Assembly (NCBI GenBank): GCA_029258835.1
Contig: JAPDJY010000022.1
Span: 1-41,415 of the forward strand
Origin: Thermoproteota archaeon
GTDB lineage: Archaea; Asgardarchaeota; Jordiarchaeia; Jordiarchaeales; Freyrarchaeaceae
Length of the DNA stretch: 41,415 nucleotides
Direction of reading: 5' to 3'
The position numbers and the translations under genes are program-made. Shown piece by piece: positions 8,764 to 18,040 of this stretch. The notes below the pieces were generated by a model. That model did no database searches. It saw nothing but the letters and a program-made list of their open reading frames with translations, and was not told the origin of the DNA. The stretch's first letter is position 1. Each line of letters opens with the position of its first letter.

Positions 8764-10017
8764 TCATGCTTCCAGCACCCCCGCCGTTTCCACCATTAGC
8801 TCGGGTAGCTTTCGCCCAGCTACATACCGGATTAAGGGAATGGTCACTAGGAGGAGTAGCAGGCTTACGATGGTAACAGCATTCAGCCCTGACGAGAACC
8901 CTGTGAGAAGCCATCCTTCATACACGGGCGTGAGAAGGTACGGGGCTATGGCGTAGCCGAAGAAGCGTATACTGTTGAAGACCGACGAGGTAGCCCCCCT
9001 CTGCCTGGGTGAGAGCTCAACCGAGAGAGCCACCAAGGGGAGCCAGAAGAGGTTTCTTCCAACACCAAATAGGGCCATTGAAAGCATGAAGCTTGGGAAG
9101 TCGCGCGAGATAAGTAGGAGGATGAGGGAGGCAAAGCTCAGAGCAACTCCGAGGTACGCCACCTTCCCCCGCCCCAGCTTATCGGCCAGGTGACCGGCTG
9201 CTGGGGAGACGAATATTCCGACGGCGCCGCCGACCGAGAGGATCAAGCCTATGGCGTCTGGTTGCATGTAGTAAGGGTGCAGGGACAGGGCGTCCGAGAG
9301 AAAGGACTGGACGCCCATGAAGCTGAGGAAACCTAGGAAGCCGGCGGCGCTGAGAGCCATCACACCTCCCATTGAGCATGCGTCCTTCAGGTCGTTGGCT
9401 ACTTGGCTTGCAACCTGCACATCCGCCTTTCTGGGTTCTATTATTTTCCCGAGGATAAACCAGATGAGAATCATCGAAGTATACGCCATGCCGCTGAGCA
9501 TGAAGTAGACATACCACCATGAGTAGGCGAAGAAGCCGGCTAGTAGGGGGCCTAGGGCGACTGCGAGGGTGGCTACTGACGAGTATATGCCCATCACTTT
9601 CCCACGGTAGCTTATTTCTGTGAGGTCGCCTATGGCTGCGGGTAGGACGGGGCCGATGAACGCGTACCCTACGCCGCATACGAAGCGTGCCCCCAGAAAA
9701 ACCCATATGTTAAAGTTCGGGCTGAAGCCGATTACCAGCAGTCCCGTGCCATAGATTAGGAAGCCCAGCACCAAAATGTTCCGCCTACCGTACATGTCCG
9801 ACAGGGGCCCCGAGAAGAGCTGGAAGAAGGCGAATGGAAGCATTAGAACCGTTATGGAAAGGAGGACGGTGCCTACGTCAACGTTAAACGTCGACTTTAA
9901 AATCGGGATTAAAGCCAGTACGGTGTTCGCGGATAAAGGGCCGACAAACCCTGCGAAGTATAGTGTTAAGAGCTTGGAGTTGAGGTATCGGAGCCATCCC
10001 TCGGCCATCCACGACAT
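8764..10017 (-). CDS. MFS transporter (DHA1-like)
   Basis: About 12 hydrophobic segments; motif A GPLSDMYGRR and its repeat GHLADKLGRG. Confidence 0.9.
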   Translation of the reverse strand: MSWMAEGWLRYLNSKLLTLYFAGFVGPLSANTVLALIPILKSTFNVDVGTVLLSITVLMLPFAFFQLFSGPLSDMYGRRNILVLGFLIYGTGLLVIGFSPNFNIWVFLGARFVCGVGYAFIGPVLPAAIGDLTEISYRGKVMGIYSSVATLAVALGPLLAGFFAYSWWYVYFMLSGMAYTSMILIWFILGKIIEPRKADVQVASQVANDLKDACSMGGVMALSAAGFLGFLSFMGVQSFLSDALSLHPYYMQPDAIGLILSVGGAVGIFVSPAAGHLADKLGRGKVAYLGVALSFASLILLLISRDFPSFMLSMALFGVGRNLFWLPLVALSVELSPRQRGATSSVFNSIRFFGYAIAPYLLTPVYEGWLLTGFSSGLNAVTIVSLLLLLVTIPLIRYVAGRKLPELMVETAGVLEA

Positions 10018-10224
10018 CTCTCATTGTTGTATCCTCACTGAGGGAGGAGAGATGAAATTAAGTTTTTCGCTTTTCCTGAAGGAGACGTGTCCGCTACGCT
10101 CTAACGTTAAACCGTTACGGTCAGAGGTGATAAAAGGGATGACGGAAACACCCATAAAACGTTTATACTAGTATGGACAGAGCCGAACAGGAAAACACGC
10201 CTCCTTGAAGCGGAGGGGACAGCG

Positions 10225-10827
10225 TTGAGCAGCGGAGGAGAAGCAAGGGAAGCCCTGAAGTTTATCTTCCTGCTTGCGGTACTCATCTTGTGCATCGTGG
10301 GCGGCTTCCAAGTTTTAAAGTTATACTTGGGTACTCCTGCTCCGTTCCGTGTCGTGTCCACCGCGCCATCAAGCATGGAGCCAACCCTCTACTATGGCGA
10401 CATGGCTGTGATACAGCACGTCCCATGGTATGAGATAGGAATAGGGGACATAATAGTTTTCGACGCTTACAGCTGGTACTTCTACGCGCATGAAGCGCCG
10501 CCACCGGTTCCCGTAATCCACAGGGTAGTGGGAGTAACCGTGATGGACGGGCAGATATGCTACTACACGTGGGGGGACAACAGGGTCACAAACCCTCAGC
10601 CGGACCCGGCGCCTACCCCCTACTGGCTAGTCCACGGGAAGGTGATATTCACAATACCAAAGGTCGGACTGCTGATCATCTTCTTTTACCAGGGAGGCTA
10701 CATACTCGTAATACTTCTGACGGTGCTCCTCACGGTAGCCCTAGTGGTGAAAGGAATGAAGGAGCTGGAGGAAGAGGAAGAGGAAGGCGAAGACGAGTAC
10801 TACCCAGATTTCCACCAGCCAAGATGA
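10225..10827 (+). CDS. sec11: Signal peptidase I, archaeal/ER (Sec11) type
   Basis: N-terminal TM, SSMEPTL (catalytic Ser), VIHRV (His), TWGDN, C-terminal TM. Confidence 0.9.
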   Translation: MSSGGEAREALKFIFLLAVLILCIVGGFQVLKLYLGTPAPFRVVSTAPSSMEPTLYYGDMAVIQHVPWYEIGIGDIIVFDAYSWYFYAHEAPPPVPVIHRVVGVTVMDGQICYYTWGDNRVTNPQPDPAPTPYWLVHGKVIFTIPKVGLLIIFFYQGGYILVILLTVLLTVALVVKGMKELEEEEEEGEDEYYPDFHQPR

Positions 10828-10847
10828 AAACTAGGGAGGATTGACTC

Positions 10848-10862
10848 GAAAACTATATAAAA
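10848..10862 (+). promoter_or_regulatory. BRE/TATA promoter of tRNA-Gln
   Basis: GAAAACTATATAAAA ends about 25 nt upstream of the tRNA 5' end. Confidence 0.65.
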
Positions 10863-10887
10863 TTCCGGGTTTAAACCTTGAAACTGG

Positions 10888-11004
10888 AGCCCGGTGGTGT
10901 AGAGCGTGTAGGCGCAGAGTGGCCAAACACGTGGGCTCAGCATACGGGGCTTTGGACCCCGTGACCCCAGACGCCGGGGACTTCGAATCTGGGCCGGGCT
11001 ACCA
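10888..11004 (+). tRNA. tRNA-Gln(UUG) with three non-canonical introns and encoded CCA
   Basis: Removing about 10903-10919, 10927-10939 and 10971-10981 gives AGCCCGG TG GTGT AGTGGCCAA GCAT A CGGGG CT-TTG-GA CCCCG TGAC CCCAG TTCGAAT CTGGG CCGGGCT A CCA. All four stems pair. Confidence 0.9.
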
Positions 11005-11069
11005 CCCATCCTCTACATTCCTCGTCCTGGTTTTGCAGGCCTTAAGGAGGGAGCTTATGGTCTTGGCTT

Positions 11070-12836
11070 TCATCCATATAACGCCTTGCGTCTAAGGTCT
11101 TGAAGTTTCCTGTCAACCTTTGAGATCGCTTTATCTCTCTTCTTTTCCTGCTCCCTCTTCAGCTTCTCGTATACTTCCTTCCCTATTTTCCCCGTCATGT
11201 ATCTTCTCCTCACGAAGTCTAGGGCTGCTCCCGCCTGCTCCACCTGCGTTTCAGCCGTTTCGAGCTCGTCTATTTCTGGCTCGTACCGCTTGTCGATGGA
11301 GAGGAGGCGGCTCTTAGCGTCACCTATGCGTTTCTCCAGCTCCTTAAGTTGCTTTTCGATGTCGCTCCTCCTCTTGGTGAACTCAAACTTCTTAACCTTA
11401 CCCGCGCTATACCTTCTTTTAAGCTCGTCCTTCTCAAGTATGAGGAGGTGTCTCTCCTCGTAGAGGTCGCAGAGTTCTTCGAGTAGCCCGGATACCTCAA
11501 CCTCAACCTTAACCTCCTCCGCTGGTGGCGGGGCGGCCTTAACGCGGGCTCTCACGGCGATCATGACGACCATTAGGGCTGAAAAGATGATCAGGGTGAA
11601 GGATGCTGGTCGAAGGTAGAGGGCGAGCATGGGTGAAGTGTAGTAGATGTACGCCATACGCTGTGTTCCGGGCGAAACGTTCCCGGTGCTGAAGAAGAGC
11701 AGTGTTTGGACGTTCAGCATGGTGCCCGATTGAAGGAAGGGCGACGGAGGCTGCATGGCTTCAACCGTTAACTCCCCACTTAGCGATATGACAGTCACGG
11801 TGGCTGGGATTACCGTGTCGTAGCTCTGCGTGACAGGGAACGCGAAAAGGTATTTTCCGTATGCTCCAACGTGGTAGGCGGGCATAGGGATCAGGTACTT
11901 CACGTAGTAAGCGTAAGTGTAGTTCTGCTTTAGGGGGAAGCGGGGGTACACGTATATTTTTCCTCCTTCAGGCCACGCCCCTATAACGTTGAGCGCGTCG
12001 TACGCCAGCAACTGGACCGGGACGGGGGCAACCATGCACTCCAGCCTGCTAACCTGCTGGGGGCCATCGTTCCTAACACGGTAGAAGTCGAACACCTCCA
12101 CCCCCCTCCACGGGTCGAGCGAGACGTATCTGAAGTGCCACTCTATCCTGACCAATGGGCCATAGTAGTTCACGTCCATCGCCGTGTTGTTGAATGGCCC
12201 TATGTTTGAGTCGTTCATTATTAGGGAGCCGTTCTGGAACGTTGCACCTTCAGGGTAGGGGTACTGGGGGGTTGCGTTCTCGGGGAGCGAAACAAGTATT
12301 GTGCAGTTCGAAACCGGGTGGGCTATTAAGGGGTACCTGCACATTGACGCCACCAGCGATGAGCCATTGGGATGAACTAAGCCGTTGAACGTCTGGGTCA
12401 GCGTGAAGACGTATGTTCCCCCTGGGGGGACAGGGTAGTTGAAGACTACACGTTTCCCCTCGTAGGGTGACGAAACGTTCTCGATCGTTAGGGTGCTGCC
12501 TGACCGGTCCCTTGCGGATGCTTGAAGCAGGTGGGTGTAGAGGTTGGACGGGTAGAATACGTCAATGCACCAGGCGTTTTCGACTCCCGTGTTCACTACG
12601 GTGAAGTTGTCCTTTATGGTTACTAGGCCATAGCCGTTTATGCTAACCGTCCTGTTAAGTGCTTGAACCGTTAGTGATGGGCTGCTGTCAGCCGCGCTCA
12701 CGGGGCGAGAGGGTGAGCAAGCGTAACCGATGCTACCTGGTTGTGCGGCTACCTGAGGCGGGTGAGTTAGGGAGGGAAACGTGAAGAGAATTATGAGAAA
12801 GAGGGCCGTTAAAAGGAGCAGCTTCCTAGCGTTCAA
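11070..12836 (-). CDS. Ribophorin I (oligosaccharyltransferase RPN1/Ost1)-like protein
   Basis: Signal peptide, two beta-rich repeats (RTVSINGYGLVTIKDNFTVVN; RYVSLDPWRGVEVFDFYRVRNDG), PRFPL motif, many N-x-S/T sequons, one TM and a cytosolic helical tail. Confidence 0.75.
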   Translation of the reverse strand: MNARKLLLLTALFLIILFTFPSLTHPPQVAAQPGSIGYACSPSRPVSAADSSPSLTVQALNRTVSINGYGLVTIKDNFTVVNTGVENAWCIDVFYPSNLYTHLLQASARDRSGSTLTIENVSSPYEGKRVVFNYPVPPGGTYVFTLTQTFNGLVHPNGSSLVASMCRYPLIAHPVSNCTILVSLPENATPQYPYPEGATFQNGSLIMNDSNIGPFNNTAMDVNYYGPLVRIEWHFRYVSLDPWRGVEVFDFYRVRNDGPQQVSRLECMVAPVPVQLLAYDALNVIGAWPEGGKIYVYPRFPLKQNYTYAYYVKYLIPMPAYHVGAYGKYLFAFPVTQSYDTVIPATVTVISLSGELTVEAMQPPSPFLQSGTMLNVQTLLFFSTGNVSPGTQRMAYIYYTSPMLALYLRPASFTLIIFSALMVVMIAVRARVKAAPPPAEEVKVEVEVSGLLEELCDLYEERHLLILEKDELKRRYSAGKVKKFEFTKRRSDIEKQLKELEKRIGDAKSRLLSIDKRYEPEIDELETAETQVEQAGAALDFVRRRYMTGKIGKEVYEKLKREQEKKRDKAISKVDRKLQDLRRKALYG

Positions 12837-13214
12837 CTACCGCTTCCTCCTTCATCCCCGAGTGGGCGCCCATCCCTTTAAGGACGGGTTCGACATGCAT
12901 TGTTCCACGTGGGCGGGGCTAGATGGGCGTAAGGAAAGCTTAACGGGGGCTCACCGCTACCAGCAACGGACGGGTTGAAGTGTGCATCTAAGCTTAACGA
13001 GATGCTTTCAAGCGGCGGTGCGGTGATGGAGTCCATGCCAGACACCATGACGCCGTCAGGTAGCCCACGTGTAAACTGATCGTAGTTGTAAAGGAAAGAG
13101 TTAGCTTTAAGTTTTACTTTAATCGGGCTTCCCGGGTTTCTAGCGTTGTGTTTCTCGGGTTCCTCGGCGGGGCGCTACGTTCCCCGTCCGTTCCACAACA
13201 TGGTTTGGTGGACG

Positions 13215-13262
13215 GGGTGGAAGCTGAGCGTGGAGGTTGAGGGTGGAAGCTGAGCGTGGAGG
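13215..13262 (+). repeat. 22-bp direct repeat, two copies
   Basis: GGGTGGAAGCTGAGCGTGGAGG at 13215-13236 and 13241-13262. Confidence 0.9.
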
Positions 13263-13294
13263 CGAAAGCGTTTTAGGGATGAAGCTTCCTTCAC

Positions 13295-13741
13295 GTGTTT
13301 GGGGGGTGGACCGTGGCTAGGGAGTATCCTGAGCGTCCCCTGGTTGGAGTGGGAGGGGTCGTCTTCGATGGTGGCAGGGTTCTGCTCGTTAAGAGGGGGA
13401 GCCAGCCGTCCTATGGTAAGTGGTCTATTCCTGGTGGCTTGGTTGAGCTTGGCGAGACCGTGGCTGACGCTTGCGTCAGGGAGGTTTACGAGGAGACGGG
13501 GTTGATCGTGAAGGTTAAGAGGCTCATAGACGTGGTTGACTACATAGATTACGATGAGGAGGGGGAGGTGAGGTTCCACTATGTTATAGTTGACTTTCTG
13601 GTGGAGCCCGTTGGAGGAGTGCTCAGGGCTGGCACCGACGCGCTAGACGCCAGGTTCGTGAGGCTGGATGACCTGGGAAGGTACGAGTTGACGGGGACCG
13701 CACGCAGGTTGTTCATCAAGCTCGGGTGGATGAAGGGTTAA
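13295..13741 (+). CDS. Nudix hydrolase (ADP-ribose pyrophosphatase-like)
   Basis: Nudix box GGLVELGETVADACVREVYEETGL, plus HYVIVDF. Confidence 0.92.
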   Translation: MFGGWTVAREYPERPLVGVGGVVFDGGRVLLVKRGSQPSYGKWSIPGGLVELGETVADACVREVYEETGLIVKVKRLIDVVDYIDYDEEGEVRFHYVIVDFLVEPVGGVLRAGTDALDARFVRLDDLGRYELTGTARRLFIKLGWMKG

Positions 13742-14145
13742 TCTTCCTTCCTGAGTGCTTCGGTTAGGTCTAATGGTTTCTCCTCGCCCCGCCTTTTAAT
13801 CATGATCCTCGGCTCCACCCCCTCGATCTTCCTCTCCATTCTCATTATGTCGATCTCCGTCAGCTTCCTGTTAACCAGCTTGTTGGCGAAAACGTATATT
13901 ACCGCGCTTTCTATCTTCTCGGCTACTTTCGGCTTCCTCTCCCTGAGGTTTTCGAGGCGGCGCTTCGCCTCGGGGGTCAGCACCATGGTGAAGAAGCGTT
14001 CCTTCTCCTTCTCAGCCTCGCTCTGCTTCGCTCTACCTTCCTCTTCAGCCCTTTTGGCAGCAGCCATCTTCATCAGCTGGATGAGCTTGCGCCTCTTGAT
14101 CATTTCTAGCTCTTCATCGGACATTTCCGTCACGCTCAGAGGCAC
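13738..14145 (-). CDS. PDCD5-like dsDNA-binding protein
   Basis: DEELEMIKRRKL...LTPEAKRRLENLR..KPKVAEKIE pattern. Confidence 0.75.
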   Translation of the reverse strand: MPLSVTEMSDEELEMIKRRKLIQLMKMAAAKRAEEEGRAKQSEAEKEKERFFTMVLTPEAKRRLENLRERKPKVAEKIESAVIYVFANKLVNRKLTEIDIMRMERKIEGVEPRIMIKRRGEEKPLDLTEALRKED

Positions 14146-14229
14146 AATATGGGGGGTTCTACTTAAACTTTTTGAGTTTAATCCGGGAAAGGTTCAGTAT
14201 ATGTTTACATAAAAGGGCATAAAAAGTAA

Positions 14230-15078
14230 ATGCAAATCGTTTTTCTTAAACCAGCTGGAAACCATCCAGTAAGGGGGCAGCTTCGATTGGAGAGGGAAGA
14301 AGGCAGGGTCATCATCAGGAAAAGGGAGGACCTGGAAAACGTAGTTCACCTGATAGAGTCGTACTACATGAGAGGGGTGAGGTCGCTTAGGATAGAGCTA
14401 AGCGAGCCCTTAACCGTGGAGGATCTGGAAAGGATCAACGCGCTGCTATACAGGCTGCCAGGGTTTGAAGTCTCGTTCTACACGCCTAGAAGCATAGTTC
14501 TCCAGGACGTGATGGAGGCAAGCTTGGAAGACATATTGGAAGTAATATATGAGTCCACCCTGAAGCTTTTCGACAACGTTATAGAGGCCGTGGAGAGGGA
14601 GGATGCCCTGATAGCGGAGGCCGTTGAGGAGGCACACGACAACGTCCACAGGTACGCTCAAAGGTATAGGAGGCAGGTGTTCCAGGAGCCAAGGAGGAAG
14701 CTTAAGAGGCTGATGGAGAAGGCGAGCTACGTTTCGCTCCTTGAAAACGTCGCGGACTACCTCTCCCACACGGCCCACGCCGTAGCCAGGAGAAGCATAA
14801 CAGGGAAAATAAAGTGGGAGGTCTTGAGGGTTATGAGGATGGTCAGGGACCTCCTCGAAGCAGCCGCCAAGAACGTTAAGGGGGAGGAAGGGAAAGCCTA
14901 CGCGGTCCTCAGGGCAGAAGAGTTCCTGCAGAAGGAGGTTAGAAGGCTGATGGAGAAGGCGACTGAAATACCCGACCGGCTAGCCAAGCTCTCAGCCGAG
15001 GCGGTGCTGATACACATGAGAGAAATACTAAGGAGCATTCACCAGATGGCTATAGACAGGGTTAAGGAGGAAGCCTAA
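14230..15078 (+). CDS. PhoU-domain regulatory protein
   Basis: Archaeal PhoU pattern (SYYMRG...LPGFEV) and helical repeats with LENVADY. Confidence 0.7.
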   Translation: MQIVFLKPAGNHPVRGQLRLEREEGRVIIRKREDLENVVHLIESYYMRGVRSLRIELSEPLTVEDLERINALLYRLPGFEVSFYTPRSIVLQDVMEASLEDILEVIYESTLKLFDNVIEAVEREDALIAEAVEEAHDNVHRYAQRYRRQVFQEPRRKLKRLMEKASYVSLLENVADYLSHTAHAVARRSITGKIKWEVLRVMRMVRDLLEAAAKNVKGEEGKAYAVLRAEEFLQKEVRRLMEKATEIPDRLAKLSAEAVLIHMREILRSIHQMAIDRVKEEA

Positions 15079-15146
15079 GCGCCCTTCAACATCCTTCAAG
15101 GAACATTCACTTTTACCCGCTTACCTCCACTGCTTTAAATTTTGTA

Positions 15147-16560
15147 GCCTTGTGTAGCTGTTGCGTTTTAGATAAGTTTATATACTTGTTTGTTTATTTT
15201 GGTGTTTGTGGTGTGTATGGATAGAAGGGAGGGAATGCTGAGGAGTGGTGGGGTCGCCGGGCTCCTAGGAGTTGGCGGGCACACCGTTGCCAGGTGGGTT
15301 AAGGGGGGTGGGGTCAGGGCGGTGAGCCCCAAGCGGAAGACACAGGACCCGGGGAGCGAGGTGAAAAACACTGGATGGGGGAGCGGCCGCGATTAAATCG
15401 TATAGGGTTCCTGTGGAGGCGCCGGGAGACCTGATGGAAGCATACCTTGAGGCGAAGAACGAAGAAGAAAGCGCTAGAAGAAATCATGAAACACGTCACC
15501 AATCAGAAAGCGGAAAGGCCACCTAAGCTTCAAAGCCGGGGATAGGAGGAGGCTGAGGAACAACCTCCTGGAGGGCTGGAAGTACTCCAGGCACTACGTT
15601 GACTCAGCGATAAACTCGGCCATAGGGCTGGTTAAGGGGTGGGTAAAGCTGTACAACAGGGGGAGGGCAAAATCCAAACCAAAAATAACAGGGAAAACGG
15701 TGTACGTGAAGGCGACACTCTTCACGTTCAGGGATGGAAAGCTAAAAATTAGCATTGAACCAAACAAGCGATACCTTGAAGTGGACCTGGCAGGGTATGG
15801 CTACCTGCCAAGGGACTTCGACTCCATCGGAGGACTACTACTAACAGAGAACGGGCTCATAATCAACTTCAAGAAGAAAGTGGAAAGCATTGAGCCGAGG
15901 GGCTGGGCCTCGTTCGACGTGAACCTAACCAACGTGACCGCCCTGATCAACGGGAGAATAGTTAGGTACGACCTCAGGCAGCTGTACCACGTCCACAGGG
16001 TCTACGAGGAGAAGAGAAGGAGAATACAAAAGCTTTCTAAACGCAAGCCCAGGACGGCTGAGAGGCTCATGCGGAAGTACTCCAGGAGGGAGAGGGACAG
16101 GGACAGGGATTTCATGCATAAGCTGACGGCCAGGATTGCCGGGGAGCTGGAGGAGCTACGTAGCGGGGCGATACTCGAAGACCTGAAAGGCGTCAAGGCC
16201 AGGGTTCTCAACGGGGGCAAAGGAATCAACCGCAGGATTTCGAAGTGGAACGCAAGAACATTCCAGCTCATGCTAGGGTACAAGCTGGGGTGGGCTGCCT
16301 GTGAAGTACGTTAACCCGTCCTATTCTTTCAAGACCTGTCCTCTCTGTTCTGGCCGCATGGCGGCCTATGAGGGCAGACTAATGCGATGCAAAGAGTGTT
16401 GTTTGGTCCTGGATAGGGATGTTGTTGCCGTCCTGAACCTTCGGATGCGGGGCGCCGGGGTTCCCCCGAAAGCCCTAATAGAGGCGTATGCCTCGATGAT
16501 GGGGAAACGCCTGACAGGCAAAAACCGTTTACCCATAAAAGCCTATCAAGCGTGAACCCC
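15147..16560 (+). mobile_element. Decayed IS607-like element (HTH-only tnpA remnant + tnpB pseudogene)
   Basis: Left end GCCTTGTGTAGCTGTT and right end ...CCCATAAAAGCCTATCAAGCGTGAACCCC resemble the ends of the two smaller copies. An HTH remnant (VAGLLGVGGHTVARWVKGG) starts at about 15235. Confidence 0.8.
15390..16555 (+). pseudogene. tnpB: TnpB pseudogene with multiple frameshifts
   Basis: Fragments in shifting frames: IKSYRVPVEAP, WKYSRHYVDSAI, RuvC-I SFDVN, RuvC-II ILEDL, zinc finger CPLC...CKEC, RuvC-III DRDVVAVLNL. Confidence 0.85.
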
Positions 16561-16719
16561 GCCCTTTGGGGTGCTAGGGGGTGACGGCTTAAGGAGCTGG
16601 ATTGGAGGCTCGGCGGCGAAGGGAGGTAGGACGAATTTTTAGTATTTTTCCCGAAAGATCCGTGGAACATTAATTGTTATAGGTGGACTGCAGCCTCCCT
16701 CCAGTAGGGAGGGAGTCCC

Positions 16720-17211
16720 ATGGGTATAATCGAGCTCTTTAAGAGGAAAGGTAGAGGGCATGGCAGCCTTCAGGAGGCTGGCCCGCATGGCGGAGTTTGC
16801 TCGGGGATAGAGCCTGAAACGTTTAACCTTTGCATGCCTGAGGAGGTTTACATTAAGTCCATCCCATTGATAATGCTTTCCGACGTCCAAAGGGCGGCAG
16901 GGGAGCTTAGGGCGGGTAACATAGTGATACTTCACATCAAGCCCATGCTTCAAAGGGACAGGACGAGGAACGAGCTTAAAAGGGCCGTCGACCAGCTTAG
17001 GGGGATATGCCGCCAGCTTGACGGGGACATAGCACAGCTCGGGAGGGAGTACATAATAGTGACGCCTGGCCCGTTCATAAAGATATATAAGCCTGAGCCT
17101 AAGCCTCCCAGCGAGGAGAAGGAGGGAGAAGAGGAAAGGAAGGCTGATGGCCACCACGCTCAGGCACCACCCCATCCCCGCCCTCACGTTCAAACCGCCA
17201 TGGTCAGATAG
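16720..17211 (+). CDS. sepF: Cell division protein SepF
   Basis: Amphipathic N-terminus MGIIELFKRK; core ELRAGNIVILHI...LKRAVDQL...LDGDIAQLG..YIIVTP. Confidence 0.85.
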   Translation: MGIIELFKRKGRGHGSLQEAGPHGGVCSGIEPETFNLCMPEEVYIKSIPLIMLSDVQRAAGELRAGNIVILHIKPMLQRDRTRNELKRAVDQLRGICRQLDGDIAQLGREYIIVTPGPFIKIYKPEPKPPSEEKEGEEERKADGHHAQAPPHPRPHVQTAMVR

Positions 17212-17263
17212 GTTGACGAGTTAACAGGCAGGGTGATGCTTTCTGGTTTCGTCTGCCCGCTTT

Positions 17264-17281
17264 CTACTCAAAAACGGGTAG
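17264..17281. promoter_or_regulatory. 18-bp imperfect palindrome upstream of the rib operon promoter (candidate RbkR operator)
   Basis: CTACTC-AAAAAC-GGGTAG directly precedes the BRE/TATA-like CAACAAATATATTT. Confidence 0.5.
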
Positions 17282-17293
17282 CAACAAATATAT

Positions 17294-18040
17294 TTGAGAT
17301 CTTCTTATTGTGAGGAACGGTGTCCACGCATGCGGCGGGCAGAGGTTAGAAGGGTTGCTAGGAGCCTCCTGAAGGGAGACTTTGTGCTGGTATACGACGA
17401 GGACGGGAGAGAGGAAGAAGTCGACATGGTGATGCTGGCTGAGAAGGCTACCCCAAGACATGTTTACAGGCTTAGAAGGGATGCCGGAGGACTCATCTGC
17501 GTAGCCCTCCACCCTAAAATATGGGAGAGGTGGGGTCTCCCCTTCCTCCACGACGTCTTCAGCTTTTCAAGCATGAAGTATGGTGTGCTGTCAAGCCTGG
17601 CGCCAAACGACATACCCTACGATTCCAGGTCTGCCTTCTCGATCACCGTCAACCATAGGAAGACGTACACTGGAATCACGGATGCTGATAGGGCTTTAAC
17701 CATAGGCGAGGTAGGGAGAATGGGGAGGGAGACCATCGAGGATCCCGGCTTAGACTGGCGGAGGAGGGTTGGGGAGGCGTTCAGGTCTCCTGGACACGTC
17801 CACCTCCTCCTTGCTGCAAGGGAGCTGCTCCATGAGAGGCACGGGCACACCGAGCTCACGGTGTCGCTTGCAGAGGTGACGGGGGTTCCACCGGTGATGG
17901 TGCTCTGCGAGATGCTCGACGGCGAAACGGGGGGAGCCCTCTCGGTAAGGGACGCTAAAAGGTATGCTGAGAGGTACGGGTTCAACTTCCTGCGGGGCGA
18001 GGACATAGTTGAGCTGTGGGAGAGGAGCCATGAAGGTTAA
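17294..18040 (+). CDS. ribB: 3,4-dihydroxy-2-butanone-4-phosphate synthase; start probably ATG 17330
   Basis: YDEDGREEEVD, DAGGLIC, TYTGITDADRALT, FRSPGHV, RHGHTE, CEMLD. Confidence 0.95.
   Translation: MRSSYCEERCPRMRRAEVRRVARSLLKGDFVLVYDEDGREEEVDMVMLAEKATPRHVYRLRRDAGGLICVALHPKIWERWGLPFLHDVFSFSSMKYGVLSSLAPNDIPYDSRSAFSITVNHRKTYTGITDADRALTIGEVGRMGRETIEDPGLDWRRRVGEAFRSPGHVHLLLAARELLHERHGHTELTVSLAEVTGVPPVMVLCEMLDGETGGALSVRDAKRYAERYGFNFLRGEDIVELWERSHEG

Noticed and set aside
10800-11095. ORFs 10841..11095 (+) and 10800..11009 (-)
   Set aside because: They overlap the tRNA gene and have no recognisable protein features.
13021-13060. GGTGATGGAGTCC resembling the start of a fluoride riboswitch
   Set aside because: The P1 partner and the pseudoknot complement do not match, and no fluoride-related gene follows.
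13215-13262. Repeat as a mini-CRISPR
   Set aside because: Only two copies with a 4-nt spacer, and no cas genes. No CRISPR array was seen anywhere in the window.
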